A stretch of DNA of 64,000 nucleotides. Origin: the human T2T-CHM13v2.0 reference genome, Homo sapiens. Positions 41,011 through 53,650 of this stretch are shown here, in pieces. Made by a program: the position numbers and the translations under genes. Within the stretch, counting starts at the first letter, position 1; each line of letters opens with the position of its first letter. The notes under the pieces were generated by a model. It was not told where the DNA came from, did not search any database, and saw only the letters and a list, made by a program, of their open reading frames with translations. The stretch is taken from assembly GCF_009914755.1 (NCBI RefSeq), contig NC_060938.1; one strand, written 5' to 3'.

Positions 41011-41376
41011 TGATGTGATTTGGCTGTGCCCCCACCAAAATCTCATCTTGAACTGTAGCTGCCATAATCCCCACGTGTCATAAGAGGAACCTGAAGGGAG
41101 GTGGTTCTATCATGGGGGTGGGTTTTTTTCCCACACTGGTCTTGTGAGATTGAAAGAGTCTCATGAGATCTGATGGTTTTATAAAAGGGCGGTTCCCCTG
41201 CACATGCTGTCTTGCCTGCCTCATGTAAGATGTGCCTTTGTTTCTCCTTTGCCTTCTGCCATGATTGTGAGGCCTCTTCAGCCGTGTGAAACTGTGAGGC
41301 CATTAAACCTCTTTCCTTTATAAATTGCCCAGTCTCTGGTATGTCTTTATTAGCAGCAGGAGAAAAGACTAATACA
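41011..41376 (+). mobile_element. THE1 (THE1B/C-like) solo LTR
   Basis: TGAT...ACTAATACA termini; ctcatgagatctgatggttttataa core; perfect 5-bp TSD ggtac at 41006-41010 and 41377-41381. Confidence 0.95.
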
Positions 41377-41752
41377 GGTACCATATTGTATTTATATTAA
41401 TTTTTAATTCTCTAAGATTGCAGGTAATTTTACAAACAGATTAAGTGTTCATTTAAGCTGCATTAAAGGCATTCCATATTAATCTTATGTTCTATTGGGT
41501 GGTAGCTAAAAGACAATAGCTTTTTCCATTATACCCCTTTGTTCAAAATTTCCCCATGCTTACTGAAAGCTTCAAATTTTTAACAAATGTTGAGTTTTTT
41601 CCACCACATTCTGGACCCAACTTTCTCAATTATTCTTAAGTCTCCTGTCTTTAACACACTTAGAACAAATTTTATGTATTTGTGTATACACATGCACACA
41701 CATTTTATATATACCTAGCTGATAATAATTTATATTGTGTCTGGATTACCGT

Positions 41753-41777
41753 TCTATCATCTATCTATCTATCTATC

Positions 41778-41823
<46 letters not shown>
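41753..41823. repeat. (TATC)n / (GATA)n tetranucleotide STR, interrupted
   Basis: ctatcatctatctatctatctatcatctatctatct... Confidence 0.95.
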
Positions 41824-42029
41824 ACCTTTCATATTATTCTTTTAAGATTTCATAAAAAATTTTCTACTACAAACCCTATTCATCTCACGTTACTCAAACT
41901 TTATGATTTTTTAGTGCTAAATGATATGCTATCTTATTGAGGTAAGTATCGTATAATTATATATAATACTTCTATAATATTATATAATTAATATAAGTAT
42001 GATCACTTTGCAATTAAAATGTCCTGGCA

Positions 42030-43790
42030 TTGAAATATTTTACTAGGACAGAGGGTATCCACATAAGGATATCCAAAATGTGTGTAACATGTAAAGAGTA
42101 ACAATTCAAAAAGCACTCATGTAGCCACAAATTTTTTTAACAGAACAGACATTTATCTTGGAAGTCCACTAGTAGCCTTACCTATGTGTAACAAGAGGTA
42201 AATACTCTCACAAATTTTGTATTTTTAATTCTCTTTTCTCATTTTATAGCCCCACCCCAGCTATACTGTTCCCAATCATAGAAGAAAAGCATTTGGTATT
42301 TCCCCATTAAGTATGTTTTTCATGCTGCAGGATTTTCCTTGTGGGGGAGTTGTTTTGTTTTGTTTAGTAGATGCCCTTTATCAGGTTGAAGTTTACTTCA
42401 ATTATTTTGTCAATGTTTCTTTTTTCTTACTGTTTTAAAATTTAAAATTCTCTCCATTGTGGATACCTAAGTTGAGACTTATCAAGAAAGATGCTGGAAT
42501 TAGTCAAATGATTTTTCTATGTCTATTGAAAGGATTATATGGTTTTCCCTTCTTATTTTATTAATCTAGTGAATTACATTAAGTTTCAACTGTGAAATCT
42601 GAGTTAGATTCTAATAAACTTTATTAAAATAGAATTTACATACAAAATATGCATTCACTTTAGGTGAGCAGTTAAATGAATTCTCCCCCTTTTTAGGTAC
42701 AATCCCAATCGAGTTTTAGAATATTTAATTTCCCCCAAAGTTCATTCTAGATCCATTACAGTTAACTCTGTACACAGAAAACTCCTTCCCAGATCAGCTT
42801 CTGTTATGATTTCTATTACTATAAACTAATTTAATCTGTCCTAGAAATTCACTTAATTGGAATTATACAACTAATAGTCTTTTGTGTCTGATTTATTTCA
42901 CTCCATATAATATTTTAGAATGTTTTAATGTTGTTTTGGTCATCTGTAATTCATTCATTTTATTGTGAATATCATTTTTTGAGTACTGCAATTTGTTTAA
43001 CATTTTACCTGCTGATGGCCACTTGCATTGTTTCCATTTGCGGACAATAATGATCAAAATTGTTATACACATTGCTATGCAAGTCTTTGCATGGATATAT
43101 ATCTTCATTTATCTTGGGCCAACACCTGAGAGTAAAATTTCTGAATTATATGTGGTCTGAGCATAAAGTAGATGTTAATCTTTGTTATAAGCTGCTAAGC
43201 TGTTTTTCAAAGTGTTTATCATTTAATTTTTTCCCCAGCAATGTATAAAATTCTAATTGTTCCACTTCTGCCTTAGATATTGCCAATCATTTTAATTCCT
43301 AGACATTCTAATGAGTATGTACAACTATCTCATGGTTTTAATTTTGATTTATCTGATGTCTAGCAATGTTAAACATCTTCACATGTATTTATTGGCTGAA
43401 TTATACATATACTAATTTCTGAATTATCTGTTTAAATATTGTGTCTCTTATCCCAGTGGGGGATTTATCCCTCTGCTATTTAGTATGAAGTGTTCTATAC
43501 ATATTTTGAATTCAGGCCTTTTGTCAAGTATTTTGTATTGCAAATATTTTCTCCCAGTATGTGGCTTACATTTTTATTGTTTTAATAGTGGGCTTACATT
43601 TTTATTGTTTTAATAGTGCCTTTTGAAGCACAAATTTTAAAAATTAATTCCAATTTGTCTTTTTTTCCTTATGATTTGTGCCTCTTTGTGTATTGTCTTA
43701 GAAGTATTGTCATACCACAAAGTCATGATGAATTTCTGTGTTTTATTCTATGTATTTATTTTATCATTTTAAGAATTTGATTTTTCTTAT
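42030..43790 (-). mobile_element. Cluster of ancient L1M (L1ME/MD-like) fragments
   Basis: Reverse-strand L1 3' region; ORF MKIYIHAKTCIAMCITILIIIVRKWKQCKWPS is a degraded ORF2 C-terminus. Confidence 0.8.
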
Positions 43791-43836
43791 TGTTTCTACT
43801 TCTCTTCTCAGGCTTCCAGTGTTTTCTTATTTCTCA

Positions 43837-43939
43837 TTTTGTTTTGTTTTGTTTTTGAGATATGATCTCACTCCAGGCTGGAGTGCAGTTGTGTGATCAG
43901 GGCTCACTGCAACCTCCACTTCCGAGGCTCAGATGATTC
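43837..43939 (-). mobile_element. Partial Alu (3' part of right arm, AluJ-like)
   Basis: ttttgagatatgatctcactccaggctggagtgcag...gctcactgcaacctcc...gatgattct, cut off by L1 polyT. Confidence 0.85.
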
Positions 43940-46900
43940 TTTTTTTTTTTTTTTTATTCCAACTTTTCTGTTAGCTTCAGGGGGAACACGTGCAGGTTTT
44001 TTACATGAGTAAATTACTTGTCCCTAAGGTTTGGGGTATGAAGGATCCCATCACCCAGGTAGTGAGGACAGTACTCAATAGGTAGTTTTTCAAACCTTGT
44101 CCCCAGTGCACCCTCCCCACTTTAGTAATCACCAGTGACTATTGGTCCTATTTGTCTCATCTTTACGTCCATGTGTACTCAATGTTTAGCTGCCACTCAT
44201 AACTGAGAACACGTGGTACTTAGATTTCTGTTTCTGTGTTAATTCACTTGAATAATGGCCTCAAATTGCATCCATGTTGCTGCAAAGAACAGGATTTTGT
44301 TCTTTTTTATGGCTGCATAGTATTCCATGCTATATATGTGCCACATTTTTTTTTAACCAATCCACTGTTGATGGATAACTAGGTTGATTCCATGTCTTTG
44401 CTATTGTCAGTACTACTGTTATGAACATATGCATGCATTTGTTTTTATGATAGAATGATTTATTTTCCTTTGAGTATATACCTGGTAATAGGATTGCTGG
44501 GTCAAATGGTAGTTCTGTTTTAAATTATCTGAGAAATCTCCCAACTGCTTTCCACAGTGGTTGAACTAACTTACATTCCCACCAAGTGAATAAGCATTCC
44601 CTTTTCTCTGCAGCCTTTCCAGCATCTGTTATTTTTTAATAACAGATTTGACTTTTTAATAATAGCTATTTGACTTTTTAATAATATTTGACTTTTTAAT
44701 AAATTTTTAATAAAATTTGACTTTTTAATAATAGCTATTCTGACTGGTATGAGACGGTATCTCATTGTGGTTTTGATTTGCATTTCTCAGATGATTAGTG
44801 ATATTGAGCTTTTTTTTTTTTACATATTTTTGGATGCATGTATGCCTTCTTTTGAGAAGTGTCTGTTCCTGTCCTTTTCCAACTTTTCTAATGAGGGGAG
44901 TAGTTTTTTGCTTGTTGAATTAAGTTTCTTATAGATTCTGGATATTAGACCTTTGTCAGATGCATAGTTTGAAATTATTTTCTCCCTTTCTGTAGGCTAT
45001 TTACTCTATTAACAGTTTATTTTGCTATGTAGAAGCTCTTTAGTTTAATTAGGTCCCATTTGTCAACTTTTGTTTTTATTACCATTGTTTTTCGTTACTT
45101 AGTCATAAATTCTTTGCTATGGCTGATGTTCAAAATGGTATTTCTTTGGTTTTTCTTCTAAAATTTTTAGAGTTTTAGGCCTTTCATTTAAGTCTATTTT
45201 ATCTTGAGTTAATTTTTATATATAGTGAAAGCTAGGGGTCCGGTTTTATTCTTGTGTACACAGCTATCCAGTTATCTCAGCATCATTCATTAAATAGGGA
45301 GTTCTTTCCCCATTGCTTGTTACTGTCAACTTTGTAGAAGATCAGATGGCTGTAGATGTGCAGCTTTATTTCTGGCTTCTCTATTCTGTTCCAATGGTCT
45401 ATGGGTCTGTTTTTGTATCAGTACCATGCTGTTTTGGTTACTGTAGACTCGTAGCATAGTTTCAATAAGGATAAAGTGACTCCTCAGGCTTTATTCTTGT
45501 TGCTTAGGATTGCTGTGGCTATTTGGGCCCATTTTTAGTTCCATATAAATTTTAGAATAGTTTTTTTTTTTTTTAGTTCAGTGAAAAATGGCATTGGGAA
45601 TTTGATAGGAATCACACTGAACCTGTCTATATCTTTGGATGTTATGGCAATTTTAATGAAATTGATTCTTCCAATTCATGAGCATAGAATATTTTTCCAT
45701 TTGCTTGTATCATCTATAATTTCTTTCAGCAATGTTTTGTAGTTCTCCTTGTACAAATCTTTCACCTCCTTGGTTATATGTATTCCTAGGTATATATATA
45801 TTTTTCTGGCTATTATAAATGGGATTGCATTCTTGATTTGGCTCTCCACTGGGATTTTATTTACACATAGCAATGCTACTAATTTTTGTAAATTGATTTT
45901 GTATTCTGAAACTTTACTGAAGTAGTTTATCAGCTATAGGAACCTTTTGGCAGAGTATTTAGGGTTCTCCAGGTATAGAATAATATCATTAGTGAAGACA
46001 GAAAATTTGATTTTTTATTTTCCTATTTTGATACCTTTTATTTTTTTCTCTCACCTGACAGTTCTGGATAGAACTTATAGTACTATGTTGAATGGGAGTG
46101 GTGATGGTTGGCATCCTTGTCTTGTTCCACTTCTTGGTGGGAATGCTTTCAACTTTTGCTTATTCAGCATGATGTTAATTGTGGGTTTGTCACAGATGGC
46201 TCTTACTAGTTTGAGGTATGTTCTTTCAGTGCCTAGTTTCTAGTGCCTAGTTTCTAGAAGGTTTTTTTTTTTTTTTTACCATGGAGAGTTGTTAGGTTTT
46301 ATAGAAAGTTTTTTATTCATCTACTGAGATGATCATATGGGTTTTGTTTTTAATTCTGTTTATGTGGTAAATCCCATTTATTGATTTATTGATTTGTTTT
46401 TAATTCTGTTTATGTGGTCAATCCTGTTTATTGATTTGTGTATGCTGAACCAGCCCTGCATCCCAGGAATAAAGCCTACTTGATCATGGTGATTTAACTT
46501 TTTCATTTTCTGCTGGTTTTGTTTTGATAGTATTTTGTTCAAGATTTTTGCATCTGTGTTCATCAGGAATATTGGCCTGTAGTTTCTTTTTTGTTGTATC
46601 TTTGCCAGATTTGGGTATTAAAGTGACGCTGGCTTCATAGAATGAGTTGGGGTGGAGTCCCTCCTTCTCAATCTTTTGAAATAGTTTCATTAGAATCGGT
46701 ACCAGATCTTCTTTGTACATCAGGTAGAATTTGGCTATGAATCCATCTGGTCTAGAGCCCTTTTTGGCTAGTAGTTTATTAAACTACCAATTTTATTTCA
46801 GAACTCAATATTGGTCTGTTAGGGTTTTGATTTCTACTTGATTCAGTCTTGGGAGGCTGTGAGTTTCCAGGAATCTTACCATTTCTTCTACATCTTCTAG

Positions 46901-47042
46901 TTTGTGTGCATAGAGATGTTCATAATAGTCTCTGAGGAACTTCTGTATTATCAGTTGTAATGTCACCTTTGTCATTTCTAATCACACTTTTTTGGACCTT
47001 TTCTCTTTTTGCCTTTGTTAATCTAGCTAGCTGTCTATCAAT
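43940..47042 (-). mobile_element. 5'-truncated L1 (L1PA16/L1PB-like), ~3.1 kb of ORF2 plus 3'UTR, disrupted
   Basis: ORF2 fragments [74 protein letters not shown]; polyT at 43940-43955. Confidence 0.95.
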
Positions 47043-47087
47043 AATTAGGTGTATTTTTGATTCTGTCTTTTTCCTCTGAAGATTATT

Positions 47088-47218
47088 ACTTCCTTTCCTT
47101 TCCTTTCCTCTCCTCTCCTCTCCTCTCCTCTCCTCTCCTCTCCTCTCCCCTCCTCTCCTCTCCTCTCCTCTCCACTCCTCTCCTCTCCATTCCTCTACGC
47201 TTTGCTTTGCTTTGCTTT
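47088..47218. repeat. Polypyrimidine (TTCCT)/(CTCCT)n/(CTTTG)n microsatellite derived from an Alu tail
   Basis: About 20 pentamer units directly adjoining the Alu 3' end. Confidence 0.95.
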
Positions 47219-47483
47219 TGAGACAGGGTCTTACTGTGATGCTCAAGTCATAGCTCACTGCATCCTCAGCCTCCCTGGGCTCAGGTGATACTCCCACCTC
47301 AGGCTCCCGAGTAGCTGGGACTGCAGGTCCATGCCTTCATGCCCCGCTAATTTTAGTATTTTTTATAGAGACTGAATTTTGTCATGTTGCCCAAGCTGTT
47401 CTCAGACTTCCGGATTCAAGCTATGTGCCCACCTCACCCTAGCCAAGTGCTGGCATTACAGGCATGAGCCACCATGTCTGGCC
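47219..47483 (-). mobile_element. AluJ
   Basis: gagacagggtct, catagctcactgca, gggctcaggtgat and catgttgccca are J diagnostics; internal deletion in the right arm. Confidence 0.9.
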
Positions 47484-47519
47484 ATTTCCTTTGTGTGTGT
47501 GTGTATGTGTGTGTGTGTA

Positions 47520-48750
47520 GGTGTTTTTCTTGGCTGTACTTGATCTTTAAGTTTTGTTTCTTGGGAAGCAATTCTGGTCTGATCATTTCAGGTCTCTTTT
47601 TCTTCAGTCAAACTTCCTTGAATCTGTTCCACACAGGGGCTTTAAGTGTCAGTCACAGCTATGGGTAGAAACAGTTTGGGGACACCTGTCTCTGGCTCTT
47701 TCCCATTCATTATTCCAGTTCTATATTTGTAGCTCCTGGCTTCAGTTTTCAGTTTCCTTAGTCCAGAAAAACTATGTTCATTTCTAAGATTTCCTTCCTC
47801 TCACCAGCATGTATATTTTGTAGACTATACTTAAATCTAGGCGAAAGTTATGGAAATTGTATCTGGCTATCTAGATACCTATATTTGATCCTTCAAGGAA
47901 ACATACTTCCAGAGTCTTTCTGCTTCTGTTCAAATAGTTGTTTTCAGTATTATGTGCAGATTTTATATTGTTTTCTGCTTTGGAGTTTATCTGAGAGAGT
48001 CTTAGTGCATCATGACCAGAAGTGGTGATTCAATTTAATGTTTTAATTTATTTTTTAACTAGCAAGTATTATAAATTCTGTTACTAATTTCAATAATGTA
48101 CCTGTGAACACTGATGATTCTGAATAGATAATCATCTGGTCTGGAGTAAAGTCAGTTGCATTTCTTTCTATCAATATTTATACAGCTAGGTTAAATCTAT
48201 ATTTTTTTTAATGAATAGGTACTCCAGTACAATTTTGAATAAAAGTCATGAGAGTGAACATTTTTGTCTTGTTCCTGATCTTAAAAGGAAAGCTTTCTAT
48301 ATTCCACTATGAAATATAATGCTTACTCTATTTTTAGGTATGTTTTACATGATTAAGAAAGATTCTGCGATTCTTCATTTGCTGTGTTTGTAAAATTGTG
48401 AATATATATTAAATTTTATCAAATATTATAATAAATTATTGATAGAATTTTTATCTTTTCTGTTTATGTTCCAAACTATACTTATTGAATATCTAGTTAT
48501 ATCCTTGAATTTATCATATAAAATTAGTATTCATTTATTTGTAATTAGTTTTAATTTGTTTTTTGTTAATATGGTTTTTTACATCTAAATGAGTGTGTGA
48601 TTCGTCAATATATTTTCTTCTTTTTTGGGTTTTGTGATTGATATGATACGAGCCTTCTAAATGAGCCAAGGAGTTTCCCCAGTACATCTCTCATATCTAA
48701 AGTTGTTTTTGAATTGAAATTCTTTATTCCTTGACTATTTGGTCATTTCA
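47520..48750 (-). mobile_element. Ancient L1M fragments (5'-end-like to ~48025, ORF2-like 48030-48750)
   Basis: ctccagtacaattttgaataaaagtcatgagagtgaacatttttgtcttgttcctgatcttaaaaggaaagctttc is reverse L1 RT region; the 5' part is less certain. Confidence 0.7.
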
Positions 48751-49547
48751 ATTTAATTGTTTTATGTTTAGTATTTTATTCATTCATTTAATAATTGTAC
48801 ATTATTGCTAGCTTTTTGTCAGCCTCAAGTTATGGAAAAATATAAACAAAAAAAGACATTATTTTTGCCATCAGGAAGTACAATCTACACATGTCTGTTT
48901 CCCCGCAGTAAAATGTAAGGTAGGTGAAAGTAAGAACATGCAAATTATTTATAGACATTTAGAATGAAAGGATAAGCCCTGAAAAGATTTAAGTGAATTC
49001 TACCTAAAGAGAAATGGTGTTTTCTTTTCCTTTTTTTTTTTTTTTTTTGGCAAAATCACATACAGATTCATCTAACTTTTGCAATGTAGACAGTCTAATG
49101 TACCTAGAGCAAATTTATATTTAGTTTCTTTCATTAATCAAATAAAGAGTGAAATAATTCTCTTTTTTTCTCATTAAAATATACTAGGTAACTATACATT
49201 GGAGTGAATAGAAGTGAGTAATATTACCTGTGCTAAAGAAGTAAAGACCTGTGGAAAATTACTCTTTCTGTGGCTTCGGCATATTTGTGATCACATTGAT
49301 TATCTTGTTCTCAGCTGTAATATTTTGTTCTGTGGGTTTGAATTTTCATCATTTTGTTGCAGACTAATTATTATTTTATTTAGAAACTTATAGAAAGTGC
49401 TTTATTTTTCTTTAATTCATCTTGAAGTATGAACAATCTTATAATCACAAAATTACCTAGTTTGCTATTTAAATCTTTGTTGTCAATTCTGGTGTGGGTT
49501 ACAATTCAGCTTACTGATTCTTCTGAATTGGTTTTGATGGTAAGAGG

Positions 49548-50048
49548 TGTATTAGTCAGGGTTCTGTAGAGGGACAGAACTAATAGGATATATATAGAGA
49601 GAGAACTAATAGGATATATATTATATAATAGGATATATAAATACTAATAGGATATATAAATATATGAGTTTACGAAGTATTAACTCACAGGATCACAAGG
49701 GCCCATAATAATCTGTCAGCAAGCTGAGAAGCAAGAAGAGCCAGTCTGAGTCCCAAACCTGAAGAATGTGGAGTCCAGTGTTCTAGGGAAGGAAGCATCT
49801 AGCACAGAAGAACGATATAGGCTGGGAGAATAGGCTAGTCTAGTCTTTTCACATTTTTCTGCCTGCTTTATATTCTGGCACTGCTAGCAGCTGATTGGAT
49901 GGTGCCCACTCTGATTAAGGGTGTCTGCCTTTCCCAGCCCATTGACTCAAATGTAATCTCCTTTGGCAACACCCTCACAGACACACCCAGGATCCATACT
50001 TTGCATCCTTCAATCCAATCAAGTTGACACTCAGTATTAACCATCATA
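49548..50048 (-). mobile_element. 3' LTR of HERV-L (MLT2A1/2)
   Basis: tgtattagtcagggttct...gacactcagtattaaccatcata. Confidence 0.95.
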
Positions 50049-50402
50049 AGTCCACCCCTTGTCAACTTGAATCCACACACATCACCTGAGACTATACATA
50101 ATCTTCAAATAAAGACAATAATAAGGTCATAATTACGCCTAACATAATACAACTATCCTTTGTACAACCAAAAATCCACCAATCCCCAACTCAAATACTA
50201 TTACATAAAGTTAACAATACTTAAATCCTGATATGAAGTCAATAAATCTTATGTCACATGATAAAATAAAAAGGAAATAAAATGAAGATATTTTCTTAGT
50301 ACATGTGTATACATGCACAAGTGTGTTTTTAACAAAAGAAGGAGGAAATACTCATGGTAGTTACAGTCCTCATTTCTGCACCTGGTCACGTGGTCATAGC
50401 TG

Positions 50403-50945
50403 CTATCGATGACTACCCTCTTCTACTACCCATTCTGTATTCCCTTTGTCTTCAGCAAGCACCTCAGCAAGTTGTGGTTTCTTTCCTGGTGGAGTGACCC
50501 AAACCTTCATTCCTGAGGAGTCTGGGCCATTTGTAGTCCTGCCTGGATTGGGCTGTTGTAGTTTCCCATTGACCGTAATCACAGGGCATGTTAATACTAA
50601 GAGACACCTTGATGGATCTCCTGTATTCCATGCATACTCTTCCTTAACTCTGTTGTGGAGTAGTAGACTGATTACCTCTTGATAGTCTGGATCAATCACT
50701 CCAGCCAACATTGTAACTCCATTCTTAGCCTGTTGACTTAAAGGTAGGAGGACCCCAAAGTGTCCAGATGGCAATCTTAACTTCCAGTTTAATGGAATCG
50801 TTGTTGTGTCTCCTGGTGGCAGCGTTCCTCCCTCTGGAACTAAGACCTCTAGGCCAGCAGAAGGTAATGTCGCAGGAACAGGAAGCAAAAATTTTACTAC
50901 TGGATCACTAGGGGTGATGGGGAGTGGTGCTACTTCCAGTTCCAC
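50403..50945 (-). pseudogene. HERV-L pol C-terminal frame: dUTPase domain plus integrase C-terminal region (180 codons open)
   Basis: SAGLEVLVP...LAGVIDPDYQ...KVWVTPPGKKP; non-ATG start, and upstream pol is frameshifted. Confidence 0.9.
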
Positions 50946-52224
50946 CCCTTGATCCTGGACCCATGAATCCTGGCTATGGGAGAAACAGTACCATATATTG
51001 GACTGTGATTCAGAGCATACACAGCGTTCTGGTGAACTTTGTCCCAGCCCTGCAAAATGTTGTCACCTAGTGGGCATTGTAATTGTGACTTCAAAAGGCC
51101 ATTCCACTATTCTCTCAACCCAGCTGCTTCAGAATGATGGGGAACATGGTAAGACCAGTGAACTCTATGAGTATGAGCCCACTGCCACACTTCTTTAGCC
51201 ATAAAGTGAGTGCCTTGGTCAGAGTCAATGCTGTGTGGAATAACATGATGGTGGATAAAGCATTCCATGATTCTGCGGATGGTAGTCTTGGCGGGAACAG
51301 TGCTTACAGGATAGGCAAACCCATATCCAGAATAAGTGTATATTCCAGTGAGGACAAACCTCTGCCCTATCCATGATGGAAAAGGTCCAATATAATCAAC
51401 CTGCCAACAGGTAGCTGGATGATCACAACCCTGAGGAATGGTGCCATATCGAGGGCTCAGTGTTGGTCTCTGCTGCTGTCAAATTGGGCACTTAGCAGTG
51501 GCTGTGGCCATGGCAGCCTTGGTGAGTGAAAGTCGTGTTGCTGAGCCCATGTGTAACCTCCATCCCTGCCACCATGGCCACTTTGTTCATGGACCCATTG
51601 GGAAATGACAGGGGTGGCTGAGGAAAGAGGCTGAGTGGTGTCCACAGAACGAGTCATCCTATCCACTTGATTATTAAAATCCTCCTCTGCTGAGGTCACC
51701 TGTTGGTGAGCAGTCACATGGAATACAAATATCTTCACAGTTTTTGACCACTTAGACAGATCATCCACATACCTCTTCCCCAAATTTCTTTGTCACACAT
51801 TTTCCAATCATGCTTCTTCCAAGTCCCTGACCATCCAGCCAAACCAATGGCTACAGCCCATGAATCAGTGTATAATCACACATCTGGCCTTTTCTTTTTC
51901 CAGTGCACAACCAGGTGCACTGCTTGAAGTGCTGCCCACTGGGAAGATTGTCCTTCACTGTTGTCCTTCAGGGATGTCCTAGAAAGGGGCTATAGTGCTG
52001 CAGCTGCCCACTTTTGGGTGGTGCCTGCGTATTGGGCACAACCATCTGTGAACTAGGCCTGAGTCTTCTCTTCCTCTGTCAGCTGATCATAGGGAACTCC
52101 CCATGACACCATCAGTGCAGGCTGGGGGAGAGAAGGCAGAGCGGCAGGAGTGAAGACCATGGGCATTTGAGCACCCAGTTCATGATAGGCAGTTCAGGTC
52201 ACATGGTGACTTGATGACCCATAG

Positions 52225-53650
52225 TCAAACGCTTACTACCAAAGACAAGTAACAGGCCAATAGCTGTCTCTCATAAGGAGAGTTGCTATCTGAAGAAGAT
52301 GGCAGGGCCTTGCTGCAAAATCCTAGAGGCCTCTGCTGTGATTTACCTATGGGGGCCTGCCTGAGGCTCCAAACAGCATCCCTATTTGCCACTGACACCT
52401 CAAGCACCATTGGATATGCTGGGTCATAGGGCCCAAGTGGCAGAGCAGCTTGCACAGCAGCCTAGACCTGTTGCAGAGCCTTGTCCTGTTGTGGACCCCA
52501 CTCAAAACTGGCAGCCTTTTGGGTCGCTTGATAAATGGGCCAGAGTAACACACCCAAATAAGGGATGTATTGCCTCCAAAATCCAAACAGGCCCACTAGG
52601 CATTGTGCCTCTTTCTTGGTTGCAGGAGAGGCCAAATGCAACAACTTATCCTTCACCTTAGAAGGAATATCTCAGTAGGCCCCACACCACTGAACCCCTA
52701 GAAATTTTACTGAGGTAGAACGTCCCTGAATTATAGTCAGATTTATTTCCCATCCTCTGGCACACAAATGTCTCACCAATAAATCCAGGGTGTTTGCTAC
52801 TTCTCGCTCACTGGATCCAATCAGCATAATATCATCAATGTAATGGACCTGTGTGATATCTTGTGGAAGGCAAAGTGATTAAGGTCTCTCTGAATAAGAA
52901 TATGACACAGAGCTGGAGAGCTGATATACCCCTGAGATAGGACAGTAACTGTATATTGCTGGCCTTGCTAGCTGAAGGCAAATTGCATGGGCATTATGAA
53001 CAGGAGTGGAGAAAATTGTGTGGGCATTATGAACAGGAGTGGAGAAAAAGGCATTTGCCAAGTCAATGGCTGCATACCATGTATCAGGAGATGTGTTAAT
53101 TTGCTCAAACAATGGAACCACATCCGGTACAGCAGCTGCAAATGAAGTCACCACTTGGTTAAGCTTACAATAATCCACTGTCATTCCCCAAGATCCATTT
53201 GACTTCTGCACAGGCCAAATGGGAGGGTTGAACGGAGATGTGGTGGGAATCACCACCCTTGCATCTTTCAAGTCCTTGATGGTGGCACTAATCTCCACAA
53301 TCCCTCTAGAGATGACATATTGTTTTTGATTTACTATTTTTCTAGGTAGAGTCAGCTCTAATGACTTCCATTTGGCCTTTCCCACGACAATAGCCCTCAC
53401 TCTACCTGTCAGAGAGCCAATGTAGGGGGTTCTGCTAGCTGCTAAGTGTGTCTATGCCAATTATGCATTCTGGCACTGGGAAATGACCACAGGATGAGTC
53501 CAGAGACCCACTGGATCCACTGTAATTCAGACCTGAGCTAAAATTCCATTAATTACCTTAACCCCATAAGCCCCTATTTTAATTGGAGGGCCACAATGAC
53601 ATTTTGGGGCCCCTGGAATCAACAACAGCTTGGAGCCAGTGTCCAGCAGT
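52225..53650 (-). pseudogene. HERV-L protease/RT remnant, frameshifted
   Basis: [52 protein letters not shown]. Confidence 0.92.

Noticed and set aside
41847-41947. GAG|GTAAGT donor with a possible upstream acceptor
   Set aside because: Lies in low-complexity AT-rich sequence beside an STR with a weak acceptor; a consensus donor is expected by chance at this window size.
43563-43618. Perfect 28-bp tandem duplication in L1M
   Set aside because: Real but an ordinary slippage event, like those at ~4312-4341 and ~59620-59663.
46920-47297. 125-aa ORF with a GEERR repeat
   Set aside because: Read-through of Alu, (AGGAG)n microsatellite and L1 ORF2.
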